The notes below the pieces were generated by a model that worked only from the letters and a program-made list of their open reading frames with translations, made no database searches and was not told the origin of the DNA. Below are positions 18,719 through 32,000 of a stretch of DNA of 64,000 nt, one piece after another. Position 1 is the stretch's first letter. The number at the start of each line of letters is the position of its first letter. This DNA comes from an uncultured Gammaproteobacteria bacterium. GTDB taxonomy: Bacteria; Patescibacteriota; Patescibacteriia; UBA1558; S5-K13. The DNA is taken from the NCBI GenBank assembly GCA_964640635.1, contig CAZXFD010000002.1, forward strand, positions 179,115 to 243,114, in the 5' to 3' direction. The position numbers and the translations under genes were made by a program.

Positions 18719-20044
18719 CTATTTCAACTTCAATTTCCCAGCTATCTCTACGACATCTCTAAATAAAAATTGTCCTAGATTTATATCACCATAAACAATT
18801 GGGAAATATTTCTCTTGTCCTGACTTCTTAAATATATTTGCTATATACATTCCATACAAACCCGTTTCTCTTGGAGTAAGTGCAAACCTTGTAAACAAAA
18901 ATTGCAAATATAGACTCACCGTTTCAATACTGTCCAAATTGTTTGAAATGCTTGTAACAATATCTTCATCAAATTTCAAGAGTAGTGATTTTTTAAATTC
19001 AATAAACAAATTTTTATTATTCTTTATAAAAATATTTATAAGCTTATTTTTAGCAATAAAAACAACTGCTGAAATAAGTTTTTGTTTGTCTTTTGATCTT
19101 ATCATCTCATCAAATTCACCATAAAACTCATCCAAATTATTTTTGTATTTTTCAAACAATAACAAATCATTTTTTGTATTTGAAATACTCTTCTCAAAAG
19201 ATTTGTATTCTACAAGCAGTGCTTCTGCTGGATTTTGTTTCTTGACTACTGGTTCTGGAATTTTGACAGGAGTAGGTTGAACAAATACTTTGTTAACTGC
19301 AGAGACTGATCTATTTATATCAATATTATTAGAAATGTCATCGGTATTATCATTAATTATTTCTGTTTCTATGTCTTTTTTTATACCAAGCTTTGTAAAT
19401 TCTCCTTTGTTAAAATAATAAAGTTCCCCTGATTCATCTTCTATAATAAAATCATTTTCCATGCCCATTGGATCAAAAGAAGAAATACTTAATTTTCTAT
19501 AAAAATTTAATAAAATTTCAATTTTATTTTTTTCTTTATCGGGTAGAGCAAAAAAGTTTTTATCAGAATTAATAAATTTTGTAATGTTTAATGCATCTAT
19601 AAAACCACCTTCGGTAAATTGACCTCTAAAATATTTAAGCCAATTACTTATTGTAGGATCCTCTTGTATATTTCCTATATTTAAACTAGGTGTAGTAATT
19701 TTTAAATTCGATTCCCTAAGAGCGGTTTTTATTTTTGCTTTTAACTCATCTCTATCATCCAAATTTTCATAATTAGTAAGTAAATCATTCATTCTTGCTA
19801 ATATATCATAATTATCTATTTCAAAAACAACGTTAAAATGATTACTAATAAGGTCTAACACGTCATCTTCTTGCAATCTAGAAATTGCCAAATATCCTGT
19901 AACATGCTTCATATTGTATAAAGCTGGATCTTGTTGAGAAATATTTGTCTTTAAAAAATTCTTGATATCCAAAAATAACCTGTAAGCACTTACAATACTA
20001 TTATCATTTAATACATCATTAAATTGTTCTGAAAAATCTTGCAT
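18719..20044 (-). CDS. Hypothetical cytoplasmic protein (441 aa), last gene of the giant-protein operon
   Basis: ORF 12 nt downstream of the 975-aa gene on the same strand. No TM or known motif. Confidence 0.3.
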   Translation of the reverse strand: MQDFSEQFNDVLNDNSIVSAYRLFLDIKNFLKTNISQQDPALYNMKHVTGYLAISRLQEDDVLDLISNHFNVVFEIDNYDILARMNDLLTNYENLDDRDELKAKIKTALRESNLKITTPSLNIGNIQEDPTISNWLKYFRGQFTEGGFIDALNITKFINSDKNFFALPDKEKNKIEILLNFYRKLSISSFDPMGMENDFIIEDESGELYYFNKGEFTKLGIKKDIETEIINDNTDDISNNIDINRSVSAVNKVFVQPTPVKIPEPVVKKQNPAEALLVEYKSFEKSISNTKNDLLLFEKYKNNLDEFYGEFDEMIRSKDKQKLISAVVFIAKNKLINIFIKNNKNLFIEFKKSLLLKFDEDIVTSISNNLDSIETVSLYLQFLFTRFALTPRETGLYGMYIANIFKKSGQEKYFPIVYGDINLGQFLFRDVVEIAGKLKLK

Positions 20045-20055
20045 AATATTTAAAT

Positions 20056-22983
20056 CTAGGATTTACTACGTTTATTAATTACATCTAATAATTTTGGTGC
20101 CTGCTTGCTCAATTCCTTTGTAAAAATGTCACTCATTAAAACTTTTAAAATCTTCGGATTAAATGGGGTCTTTCCATCGTTTATAAGATCTATCAAATTT
20201 CTTTGATGCTTAACTAATTGTTGAATCATGTCGGGACTTACATTATTACCAACGGTATAAGAAGAAACGTGCATTTTTCTAAACAATTCTAATGTTTCTT
20301 TTCCACTATATATTATATCTATTACTTTTTTCTGAGTCTCATCTTTCCAGTGGACTGTCATATCGCTTTTACTACGAATATCTGCGCCGGGCTCGAATCC
20401 TACATTAGACCGCATCTTTCCGTCAATTCCAGTAACAGCCATTTTATCATATTTTAGATTATACTGTCCAGCCTCTTTAGAAATATTATTGGCCATCAAA
20501 GCTAATTGTTCTTCTATTCTTTTATTTGATCCTTTAAGTAGTTGTCTATCTACTACCATTTCTCTTCTTAAAAACTCCATCAATCCTTTACTAGACTTTT
20601 CATATCCAAATTTCTCTAAAATTGCTTCTAAATTATAATCCTTTGCTGCTTTCTGCATAACAACATTAACTTCTGCTATATTCCCACTTGCAAGAGCTTG
20701 ACTTATAGCCGGCACTTGATCTTTATCAAGACTTCCTAAGTTAGCATATTTAGCTTCTGCCTTTCTATTTTCTGCATCACTAACAATTTTACTAGACTCC
20801 TCTTTATTAAGTAGGTTATTCTGTAAAACTTCTTGTTGTTGTAAATCCGTTTCCTTTGTAAAAACTTCTTTCTGTTCTGATAAATATATTTTATTATCAT
20901 GCAAATCTGAAGATGTAACTGTAGTTTTCTTATCTAGATCATTTAGTTCCACCTCTCTTTTAGCAAAAGTATTTATAGCGTCTTGACTCTTCTTTTTTCT
21001 TTCTGATCCACTTATCGTTCTATCACTTTTAATACCCTCTAAAATAGAATTTAAATCATCTGCCATAGATCTTTTTTCTGCAGCAATAATATCTTTAATA
21101 AAAGTCTGTGTGCCACCCCTAGTGCTCATATCCTTAGACAACTCTATCTTCTCTTTAATTTGTTTACTCTCATTTATAAATTTTTGTAAGTCAGCCTCTT
21201 TTAGCTCTATTTGTTTTTCAATACTTTGCTTATCAGCGGCAGTTTTAGCTTTCCCCTTCTTTTTAGTCAATGCTTGAATTTCGAATTGAGCATCTCTAAT
21301 CTCTAAATCCTTATTTACTTGATCTGTTACTAATGCTGTTTCTTCTACTTTTGTTCCCACGACTCCCAAATCCAAGGCTCTTTTAACTCTGTCATTTAAT
21401 TCAATCCTCTTATCAATTTTACCAGAAGTTTCGGTCATCTTATCAATGCTTGTAACACGAGAATCTATAACACTCTTTCTTTTATTACCAAAAACAGCAG
21501 CTGCATACATTTTGCCCCATCCACCAAAAGTTCTTTCATTTTTTTCTCTTTCTGCCTTTGATGCGCCTGTTTTTCCATACCAAACTTTTCCAAAGTTAGA
21601 ATCATTAAACCCATCAACGGCATGTTTTTGTACCGCATCTTTTCTTTCTTTAACTCTATCTTTTCTATCCACATCTATCCTTTCTTTTCTAAGTTGATTT
21701 GCATATGTTCCTGGAATATATTGACCTACCCCAGTTTTACTTACAGCAGAATTCAAAGGATCTACAATGCCTCTTTTCAAAGATCCACCCACTCTTCTAG
21801 TAACACCTCTTTGCATACTCTTTACACCTCTCTTTACATATCCGCTCATCTTCTTCGTCATATTCCCCGCAATATTTCCTCCAGCAACACCAGACTCCTG
21901 AGCAATTTTCATTGACGTTATAAGAAGAGCAATAACTACAACATAATCAAACATATCGTCAATAGTAACAATAGAACTAGCCCCTATTACTTCTGACCCC
22001 TTTGTATTAGCGCCCTTAGTCATGCCCGCTACAATACTCCCACTTTGTGGATTTTCTGGACTTTGTGATCTTTGTATTGTAAGAAGTGACAAATAAAGAA
22101 AAAATGCGAGGACTGGTCCTGTCGTAAGCTGTTTTCCAAACTCAGTCCACCATCTGGAAGAGTATTTACTTCCAAAAGGAGTGCCTTGAAGAAAAAACGC
22201 CATTGGAGACAAAACAACAAGAACCCAAATATACACAATTCTCCAAACCAGTATCACAACAAACATCAAAAGTATTGAAGAAAGAATGACAAGCATAGCA
22301 AGTCCCAGGCCTGCCGTTGTAACTGCCGCTAAGGCTGCATTAAATTCATTATCTCCCTCAAGCTTACTCACAGCAGCATAGTCAAAGTTAAAAACTTTAT
22401 CCAAATGAAGTCCATAAATAATATTTCCTGATGCAATATCTTTGAATCCATTTACGAATGTAAGCATTACAACTTGAGAAAAATCTATCATAAGACCCAC
22501 TATTGTTTTTGAAAAATTTATTATAACAGCGGTCATTATTAATTTGCCGAGCCATTTCTTGTAAGAATATGCTTCATAATTTATTATTGTAGAAAATGCA
22601 ATGACAAGAAGGACTAATATAAAAAACATATTACAAATATCTCTAGTTATCTTCCATCCTTCATCTACGGCAGTGACTCCTTTTGAAAACTTGGTCCATT
22701 GAGCAAATGAAACAAACAATTGTAATTCAAGTTTAATAATTTCCCCTACTAAAGCTGCTAAAACACCTATAAGAGCCACTACTATATTTGCTACACCAGC
22801 ATAAAATACATTTGCATTTACAAAAAGCGGTGACACAAGCAAAATGGCAACCACAAAAACAGAAGACCCTACAAAAATCTTTCTTTTCTTTGATAACAAA
22901 TTCCATGATAACAAAAACTTTTGAAATATTTTTTTCAATCTATAATTCCACAGCGCTAAAGTTTTCTTAAATAATTTTTTCAT
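20056..22983 (-). CDS. Large polytopic membrane protein with a long charged coiled-coil tail; architecture resembles VirB6/TrbL-like T4SS channel proteins
   Basis: About 7-8 predicted TM helices in the first roughly 330 aa with Trp-containing loops, then about 650 aa of K/E/D-rich hydrophilic sequence. The assignment is by architecture only. Confidence 0.3.
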   Translation of the reverse strand: MKKLFKKTLALWNYRLKKIFQKFLLSWNLLSKKRKIFVGSSVFVVAILLVSPLFVNANVFYAGVANIVVALIGVLAALVGEIIKLELQLFVSFAQWTKFSKGVTAVDEGWKITRDICNMFFILVLLVIAFSTIINYEAYSYKKWLGKLIMTAVIINFSKTIVGLMIDFSQVVMLTFVNGFKDIASGNIIYGLHLDKVFNFDYAAVSKLEGDNEFNAALAAVTTAGLGLAMLVILSSILLMFVVILVWRIVYIWVLVVLSPMAFFLQGTPFGSKYSSRWWTEFGKQLTTGPVLAFFLYLSLLTIQRSQSPENPQSGSIVAGMTKGANTKGSEVIGASSIVTIDDMFDYVVVIALLITSMKIAQESGVAGGNIAGNMTKKMSGYVKRGVKSMQRGVTRRVGGSLKRGIVDPLNSAVSKTGVGQYIPGTYANQLRKERIDVDRKDRVKERKDAVQKHAVDGFNDSNFGKVWYGKTGASKAEREKNERTFGGWGKMYAAAVFGNKRKSVIDSRVTSIDKMTETSGKIDKRIELNDRVKRALDLGVVGTKVEETALVTDQVNKDLEIRDAQFEIQALTKKKGKAKTAADKQSIEKQIELKEADLQKFINESKQIKEKIELSKDMSTRGGTQTFIKDIIAAEKRSMADDLNSILEGIKSDRTISGSERKKKSQDAINTFAKREVELNDLDKKTTVTSSDLHDNKIYLSEQKEVFTKETDLQQQEVLQNNLLNKEESSKIVSDAENRKAEAKYANLGSLDKDQVPAISQALASGNIAEVNVVMQKAAKDYNLEAILEKFGYEKSSKGLMEFLRREMVVDRQLLKGSNKRIEEQLALMANNISKEAGQYNLKYDKMAVTGIDGKMRSNVGFEPGADIRSKSDMTVHWKDETQKKVIDIIYSGKETLELFRKMHVSSYTVGNNVSPDMIQQLVKHQRNLIDLINDGKTPFNPKILKVLMSDIFTKELSKQAPKLLDVINKRSKS

Positions 22984-23058
22984 TTACTTTTGTATAAATT
23001 ACAATACTCAATTCCCAATAACCAATATACAGAAATTAGAGTATTGATTATTCTTTTG

Positions 23059-26000
23059 TTATTGTGGGTATATTTTTATTGAACATGTATCAGCTCCACA
23101 CATATAGGTTCCCTTGCTTTTACCCCAGCTATCTGTAATTTGTAAATATGGTGTATATTTACAACATCCCCTTCCATTTCCACAATTATCTAACCATGTA
23201 TCGCTCATAGGGCTACAAGAATATAAATGTGAAAATGTTAAATAGCTTTTTTCATCGCCAATGTCTTCTTTACAAGCATCTTCATGATCTCCCCATGTTT
23301 TAGCAAAACACTGCATACCACTTGGACAAAGAACATTTTCTCCACACTCCGCACCCCATGTATTAGCACTTGTAGATGGAAAAGCTTGTTTATAGGTTAC
23401 TCCACATCTTCTTATACAATCAGGTTTACGATTTTTAAATGGACCTGCAACAGTAAAACAATCTCCATTTTCAGAATTACTATCCCAACAAATTTTTATT
23501 TCTCTTATTGGAGTTTGATTTGGCACTGCATAAGCATAAAAAGAAATATCTATGTTGGTATTATTTTTTCCAACTACAACATAATCCTTTGCTGGATTTC
23601 GATTAATAGAAAATCCTTCATTGCCCTCTCCGCCACCATCAGAAACTGATTTTACAGATCTAATTACAGGATTTTCACCACCAACAACATTCCAATTAAT
23701 ACTATTATCTTGTAACCACTCGACTCCATTAAAAGTTTTGAGATTACTATTCGGAATACCGACTATTAATTGCCCCAAATTAGTTTTTGCTTGCGCTATA
23801 TCATTTCCATAATACCCTGGAAACACACTACTAAAACCACCTGATACAAATATTGGATCTTGACTTGTACCAACAGCAGCTCCAAAACTTGGGTGTAAAG
23901 AATTAGCCACCCAAGAAGCAGAGTTTGTAGGCCCAACTTGTAAAATCATTTTATTATTTCTAGCGAAACCAGAAATACCATAGGAGGAAGATGATCCAGA
24001 CAACATAGACGGACAAAATATATCAGATGCTAGAGGGTCTTTACAAAATTCTCGCCATCCATCTATAGCTATTGCTGGTAATGTAGCGGTAGTAAATTTT
24101 TCAATAGAAATAGTATTTAAATAAAAATTATTTGCTTTAAACTTTACAGAACCATCTAAAATAGCAGAAGTTTTGCAACTCTTTAAACACTTATCATTTG
24201 CACAACTAGTTAGCATAGATTGTGTTCCTGATTGATTGAATATGCTACAAGTATTACAATCAGAATTTCCAAAACGCAAACAATCTTGATCAAAAAGTGG
24301 ATTAGGATTATTGCTATTAGGAAGCATGCGATTTTTTTGACAACCATCTGGACAACAACCATTTTTTCTATTTTCACATTTTCTTGTGCCATCAATATTG
24401 CGACAAGCACTATAAGGAATTTCTGCCGACCTACAATCCGCTACATTATTATATAACAATGGAGATCTTGGATCTTGATAATTATTAATATCATTTCCAA
24501 AACATCTTACAATCTCGCTTTCTAAACTTGGATATATATACGATGCGATCCCTGTGCTTGAATAAGGATCTCTATATATAGAACAAGAATGTGATATATT
24601 GTCTAATTGGTTAATAATTTCAAAGTGTGCAACAATATCACAAGATGTATCAAACTCATTGGGTGTTTGACTTTTACATAAACCAACATTAAAACTTCTA
24701 GGACCAGAAGGATTAGTGTTTTGTCCACCAAATTGATTAACTAGAGTTGCATACACAGATGTAGATGAAGAATTTCTAAGACATCCTCTTCCAAAGCTAA
24801 AATCTCCGGATTCAATAGGATCATACTTACAGTCTTTACCACATTTGCCAGTACGACTTGGCATTGGATTAACTCCTGAATCATTTATATAGTAACCATA
24901 AGTTCTAGGATTACAAGAAAGACTTTTCATGCGACGAGTATGTCCCATATTCGTCCAACCACAATGATCACCTTCCCATTCACGATAGCTTATCTGATGA
25001 GTATCTGTGGGACACACAGGAGTATCTGGCCAATCACCATTACAAGATTCTAAATATATATTGGTAGAATTTGAAAACTCAATATCATATGCATAAATAA
25101 GCATAGGCATAGATACTGATCCTACAAAAATATCATCAAAACTATCTGATAAATTTGCATTTGCTGTTAACCCAAATTGATCGCCAGAAAACATTCCGCC
25201 CAAAGCATTATCTTTTACTATTATGCTAGCTTGCCCTTGCACATCAAAATTAAGCTCGCTTCTTGTTTTATAATTGGTCAGCCAATATGTATTGCTACCA
25301 ATATTATTGGCACTAATCATTGAATCGTTTGGCACCAATACTAGTTTAATACACTGGTTACTTGCATCTGTTTGCAGACAATATATTCTATCTTCTGTAG
25401 TTTTATAATTATTTCCTACAATACACATCGTGGCACCCTCTGTAAGTTTAGAAACGATATCTGCTTGAGGGGCATAAGATGTAGAATCAACTTCTCCAGA
25501 TATTGCATCCACTGGATACCAGGAAAGACATCTATAATTCAAATTGCTTGGATCATTATATGATGTTTTATAGCCTGTATTTATAAATCTAGACTTATCG
25601 TAGTCAAGACAGAACCCAAACCATCCCATATTTTTTGCAATTTTTTTAATTTTCATTGTACTCGTTGTGATACCATCATTTGACGTCTCTATTGTATTTG
25701 GAATATCTATACCTTCATAAGGATAAAAAAGTGTTTCCATTCCATAATTTACACTCCTATAACTACAATCACTTGACTGTCCTTGATTCAAAACATTTGA
25801 CTCTCCAGGCTTTAGGGCACCATAAGATGGCTGAGAAATATTTGCATTTGCAAATGCTGAATCTTTTCCAGTAATTATTGCATATTTACTTCCTGCGCCA
25901 TTTAATTCATAATTTAAAACCATACTATTATTTGGCGTCCAAGAGAAAGGAGAGTCTTTTTCTGGATAAAGTCTACAAGACTTTAGACTAGAAATATTTA

Positions 26001-29000
26001 TTATACCAGCAGTATCTGCAATACTAGAGAGTGGATTTGTATATGAAATACCATCTTTATATAAATACTGTCCTCTTTTTATAATATGGCCTAGATTATA
26101 TGTAGACATACTAGAAGATGTCGTTTTATATGTACTTAGTGAATGAGGGGCATAAGCGCCTGGCATAGAATATCCACTATAGATCATATTAGACCATGAT
26201 CCAGAACCTAAGTCAGAATAATATTTTTCCAAATTAAGAGCCTTATCATTTTGATTTTTTGGAATATAGTTTGCACAATCTCCTGATGAGGAAAGATTAT
26301 TACATCCAATAAGTGAAACACAAGAGTATTTATCCTGTCCTTCAGTATCTACTGTTTTTATTTTTGATGAACATGTATCCCATTCTCCACACTCTCTATC
26401 TCTTACAACTTTTAGAAGTTCGTTGGAATCATTATTGTAGCTTGGATCATTTGAATTGATACCAACAAGAGATCCATTTTCATAACTTCTTAAAGCATTG
26501 GACGATAGGTTTGATTTAGAAAGATTATTAAATAACACGCAACCATCTTTTACACTTGCCTTACTACAGCTTGTTTTATCAAGCTCTTCATTATCTATAT
26601 AGTAATAATTACCCTCCATTTTCTCAAACCTAATATCTTTTAATTTTACTACTGCACCACTTTTACCTTTCACATAAAATGCAACATTACAATAATTAGC
26701 ACCTGGCAAGATTTTATATAGCCCCGATATTTGATGCGATTTATTATCTGATTCCTGTATAAAATAATTTGCCTTCGTAAATGGAAATGCGTATGGAATT
26801 GAACCAGATATAACACCCCCCTTAGGATTATTATTTTCCCCACCGACTACACTGTCTTCAACGTATGATATTGCTCCATCTTGACCTCTTGGACCACAGC
26901 TTAAAAATGTGCTTATATACTCTTTACCATCAGTGGTCAAGCCATCAAACTCTACATTAGCACTCAATCTATAAACAGCATTTTCACTAACAGAAAAGCC
27001 AAAAGGATTACTTTTTGAAGCCTTATAGATAATAGTATTTTTATCTGAGATATTAAAAGAAAGAACATTGTTCACACTTGAAGCCAACAAATTACTTACA
27101 TTTTCAAATTGTCCGTTTTGCCAATTTGCCGAACTCCAAGAACCAGAATTTGTAAAATTGATTTGCTGATGTGTTGCATTTGTAGCTTCTATAGATAAAT
27201 CTTTTGAATCTGTTGGATCTATAAACATAGAACACTTATTTTGATTACTATTACAAGAAACTGAGTAATCGTTGTTGTAGCCTCCAAATGGAGCAATGCC
27301 ACTATCGATATAACTTATATCACTGAGTAATAAATTATAGTTTTCATTATAAATACTTCCTTCACAAGAGATATTGGCATCATTTACATTATAGTATCCC
27401 GCAGCTCTACCGTTTGATGCGTCTGCTTCTTTATACTCGCAAACCTTGTCTCGAGGATGAATTTTATAAATTGTTCCACCACCAGAAACTGAAAACGCCG
27501 AACAATCTCTAAATTCAGAAAGACACAAAATTTTATTACTAGATCCAAAATAATCATCTTGTATATAATTATCTGGATTATTTATTTTGTATACATCTTG
27601 ATATTTACCGTCATCTCCCTTAAATCCAAATGCACTACACCCTTTGTTTGAAGATGCGCATAAATTATTTCTTTCTTTTATAATATATACTAGTCTATCT
27701 TTAGAAACTACTATTGTACTACTAGAGAAATTTCCGGAATTTATGTTTGAATAATTTTTATAGTATGTTCTTCCATTAGAACATTCTCCGCCAGAACTAT
27801 TTGAACAATATGCATTATAGGTTTGTTGAAATGGCATTTCTGAGTTTTGTGTATCTATCATAGCACTACAGCCAACATTCTTTTCATTACATGTATTTGT
27901 AAATTGATGAAAATACCAAGGATTATTATCTCTATCAGAATATTTTTGACATCCTAAATATCCTCTACACGTTGCAGGAGTTACCCAAGAATCTTTGATT
28001 TTGTAAAAATCACTTGTAATTTCTTTTAAGCTTATATTATCTATAAAAAATGTTTTATAATCATCTGGTAATGTTATTGAGAATTTCAATATATAATCCC
28101 CACTTGCTGAAGTTTCTAAGTCACGCCAATTATATTTATACTGCAACCATTCTTGATTATTTTCTAATTGCATCAATCCAAAATCAAGATTATTTACATT
28201 CAAAGCATGGGCTTTAAATAATTTAATTGGATTTAAATTGAGAAATTCTATAGCTGGCTTTGTTTTTTGTTGGGCGGTATCGTGATTATTATTATTTGGA
28301 TTATTATCGTTTGAACTTTTTGCCCAAAAATCAAGAGTATATCTTTTACCAGGAATAAGTGTCTCTCCATTTTGAGTCAAGTTGTATTCTATAGAAACCG
28401 TATTACCAGAGGAAGAATAAACTACCATAGAATGACCATTATACACAGTGGACTCATTACTTGGTGCCTTACTTCCTCCAAAAACTTCCCCCAGAAAAAC
28501 GCCTGAGGGTTCAAAATCTTCAAACAAAACACTTCTTATATTATTTCCATTATTACCCTTATATCTACGACATCCTACGCTTGTTGCACTACATTTTGTA
28601 CTCATAGATGGCACAGCTCTATAGACAACACTAGATCCATCAGATGCTTCTCTTCTTAAATCAATACAACTATCTGTTACCGGAATGGTTTTTGAAAGAA
28701 GTCTATTGTGCGGCTGGGCATCTTTATCATAGAAGGTTCGACAATCTAAATTTGTATTTGGATCACATTGTCCCTCCCCTTCTACATCGGCAAGACCTAT
28801 GTCAGAACAAGTGCTTGTTGCCCCTATTTCAACATTTGTACAAGGTGCCTCACTTTTATTACTCTTTAAAAACCTCCACGTCTTAAGCTGGAATCCACTT
28901 GTATCGGAGCCTTCCCATGTATAATAAATAGTTGATGAAACTGCAGATGGTTTTACGCACTGTCTTAAGTAGCTATAATATTCCCTTGCTTCACCACCCT

Positions 29001-32000
29001 TATTTGCTTTATCAACATTCGTAAACAACTCACAAGACTCTTGTGACGGAGAACAATCTTTTGCAGACCCTGAAATAAAATCTTTATTTTCTAGCCCTAC
29101 AATGCCAGAATTACTTTCAAGAATTTCAAAATAACTTGGATATTGTGAAAATGTTTGATAATTATTACACTCAGATGGACAAATATCTTCTTGAGATACT
29201 ATACCCGACACTATTTGATCCCCATTTTCAGGTTTATATGCCTCACAACCAAGATCGTCTTTGCTACAATATTTAGAATAATTAGCACAACTTACATCTG
29301 GATTTGCAGAATTACAATTATAATAACTTGGGGCTTTTTTCATATGCAAAATACCCTTTTCACCATAATTGTTATACATACTAGGAACACCCACTCCACT
29401 TGAAACATTAGATGCATCATAATTATTCAATTCAAATTGCACTGCATCTATGTAAACGTCTCCACTTACTGCAAATTTAATACTTGCGCCCGATGAATTA
29501 CCATTTACTCCAAAATATCCCGACTTCATTTCCCATTGAGATTCCCCACTAGAGTAATTTGCATCAGTATTAGTAATAGATTCCCCATTTAAAATCAAGC
29601 TTGGGGTAACACTTACCACATCACTCGATCTTAATTTTTTTACTCTATAACTAAGCGTATATAAACCTTTATTTAAAATATTAAAATCTGAATTACTTAT
29701 ATCCAATTTAAGAATACTGTCTCCTTTTGTATGTAGAATAGAGTACCTGCCATCAAAAGCTTCTGTAGTTGTTGTCATAAAATTTGGAGCATCCCATCCA
29801 TCTGGAATCATATCTTCGTTTTCATCTATTTCAAAACTTGGATTTGGAACAAGATTAAGTCCTGGAATAATTTCTATAAATTTTGAACATCCTTCATTAC
29901 CTTTATCACAAGATAATACATTTTTGTTGAAATAATTAAAGTCTGTTGTTGCCCAAACATAATTTCCTTCGGCATTTTTTGTTTTATATTTGGAATATTC
30001 TTTACATCCTGCTTCATCTGGTGGACAAGATTTTAGCGTATCTAGTATATAAGATTTTTCTTTGCCCGCATCATCTTTTAGAGCTACGCATCCTGCGGAT
30101 TTTTCATCACATTTTCTTCCTCTAAATTTCCATATATTTTTTTCTTTGAGACAATATCCATATCCCAAACAGTTTCCATTATCATCTTCTTTGAGACAAT
30201 TTTTTACATCCGCACAATCTTTGTATCTATTTGGTGACTCTGCTGACTCAAGAGCAGAATAGTATCCTTCTGAAGCACATTGTTGTTTTGGGGCTTTTAG
30301 AACCCAATTTGGATCTACAAGTCTACAGAATGGAGACTCGTCTTTTTCTTTCACAACACATCCTCCATATATCCACTCATGATAAAAAGTCTCTTCATAG
30401 CTATTATTACAAGTAGTTTCATTGTTCAAAGCAACTGCCGTTTCTATTTCTTTTGAAACAACGACGCCCTCACTATCGATATTATACTTCATACAATATC
30501 CTTGAGCATTTCCAGTCCCAACCCATTTTACATCAATAGTGGATGCATCCACCCCAAGCATTCCTGCAGCATTACAATTTGCAGCTGAGGTAATATTAAT
30601 ATTGTAAGGGGCGAGACTTACAGATCTATATCCACAATAATTGTCCTTTATGGTTTCATTACCCCTCTTAAAAGTTCCTGTTTTATCATATCCTTCCATG
30701 ACAGAAACTAGCTTACATCCCCTACTATCACATCCTGCTGGATAATTATCTGGGTTTAGTTTGGCTACTTTAAGGGCTGCAAATTCCCAACCCACAGGAA
30801 CAACTCTATTTTTTCTAAGTTTCTTTATGTTGTCATAAGAGTAGCCCTCATCAAGCATTGGTTGTCTAATCGAGGTGCCTATATCTATATAACCAATAAA
30901 TTTATTTCCATCTAAAAGATTTTCATCAATTGCTTCTTTGGTGGTAAGTGGTTCTGTTTCAGCACGTCTAAGCACGTCTGCAAATTTTGAGTCTATTGTT
31001 TTGTTGTTCATTTTTCCCATAAACTCATCACCCATATCCATTTCCATCTCAGCTATAAGATTTATATCTCGTGGATTAATATTCATAGAGATTCTGTTTA
31101 TAGTTGAAAAAATTTCATCAATTATACCCGTTTTACTGCCCACAAAAGATCCAGATCCATCTGCCAAATCTGCTTGTGGCGCTTTTTCTTTCATCAAATT
31201 TTGAATAAGTGTATTTAGGCCCTTACTTACAAGAGTATTTAAAAATATATTTGCCGAATCAACTAGAATATCCTCCGTTCTAAGTTTTGCAGCATCTTCA
31301 TTTCTTTTTTGGATATTAATAAGCTCTTGTTTTGTTAATTCTGCTGGAACTATTAAAGATTTAGTAATAAGGGACCTTTTACCTTTTGGAGAATCTCCTG
31401 CAGTTATATTTGCTACTGTATCAGCATCTGCTTTTTTTACCGCATCCTTAGCTGCCTGCACAGCATCTTGAACAAAATTTGTATCACTTTTTTGAAATGA
31501 AATAGTATCCTTCAAAAGTTCTGCCTGTAATTGCCTTCTTTGATCTGGAGTTAGTTTTGAATTTACAATTGAAGATGTAGGAATACCAAATTTTGAAAGA
31601 TCATATCCCGTAGTTTTTAATACATCCATCAAAGATGAATCATTTAAACTTATTATACTAAGCGGATTAGTAAGTTGAGTTGCAAAATCTCCCCATTTTT
31701 TCTTTAACTCGTCCAAAGAACATCTTGGCTTCATAGACGCTACATCCGTATCTTTCAAATTTAATTTCAAAGAAAGTGCCAAATTAATAGGTAAATCCAT
31801 TGTTGGTGGCTGACATATATTTATTCCATATCCTGAAGCCAAATTATCCAAAAACTCAGCACCAGCCGCTTCTCCTGCAAGTCTTGCTTCATCAACAATA
31901 AGTTTTGTAAACCACTGAGGCTTACCACCTGCATCTCCCGTTGCTATTTGAGTTGCTGCTTTGTATGCAAGCTGATTTGAAAAAGATTGAAATGCTCTCA

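Noticed and set aside
23284-31204. Multiple short ORFs inside or antisense to the giant gene
   Set aside because: They are low-complexity translations inside a continuous 9.1-kb ORF with a signal peptide and consistent composition; not independent genes.
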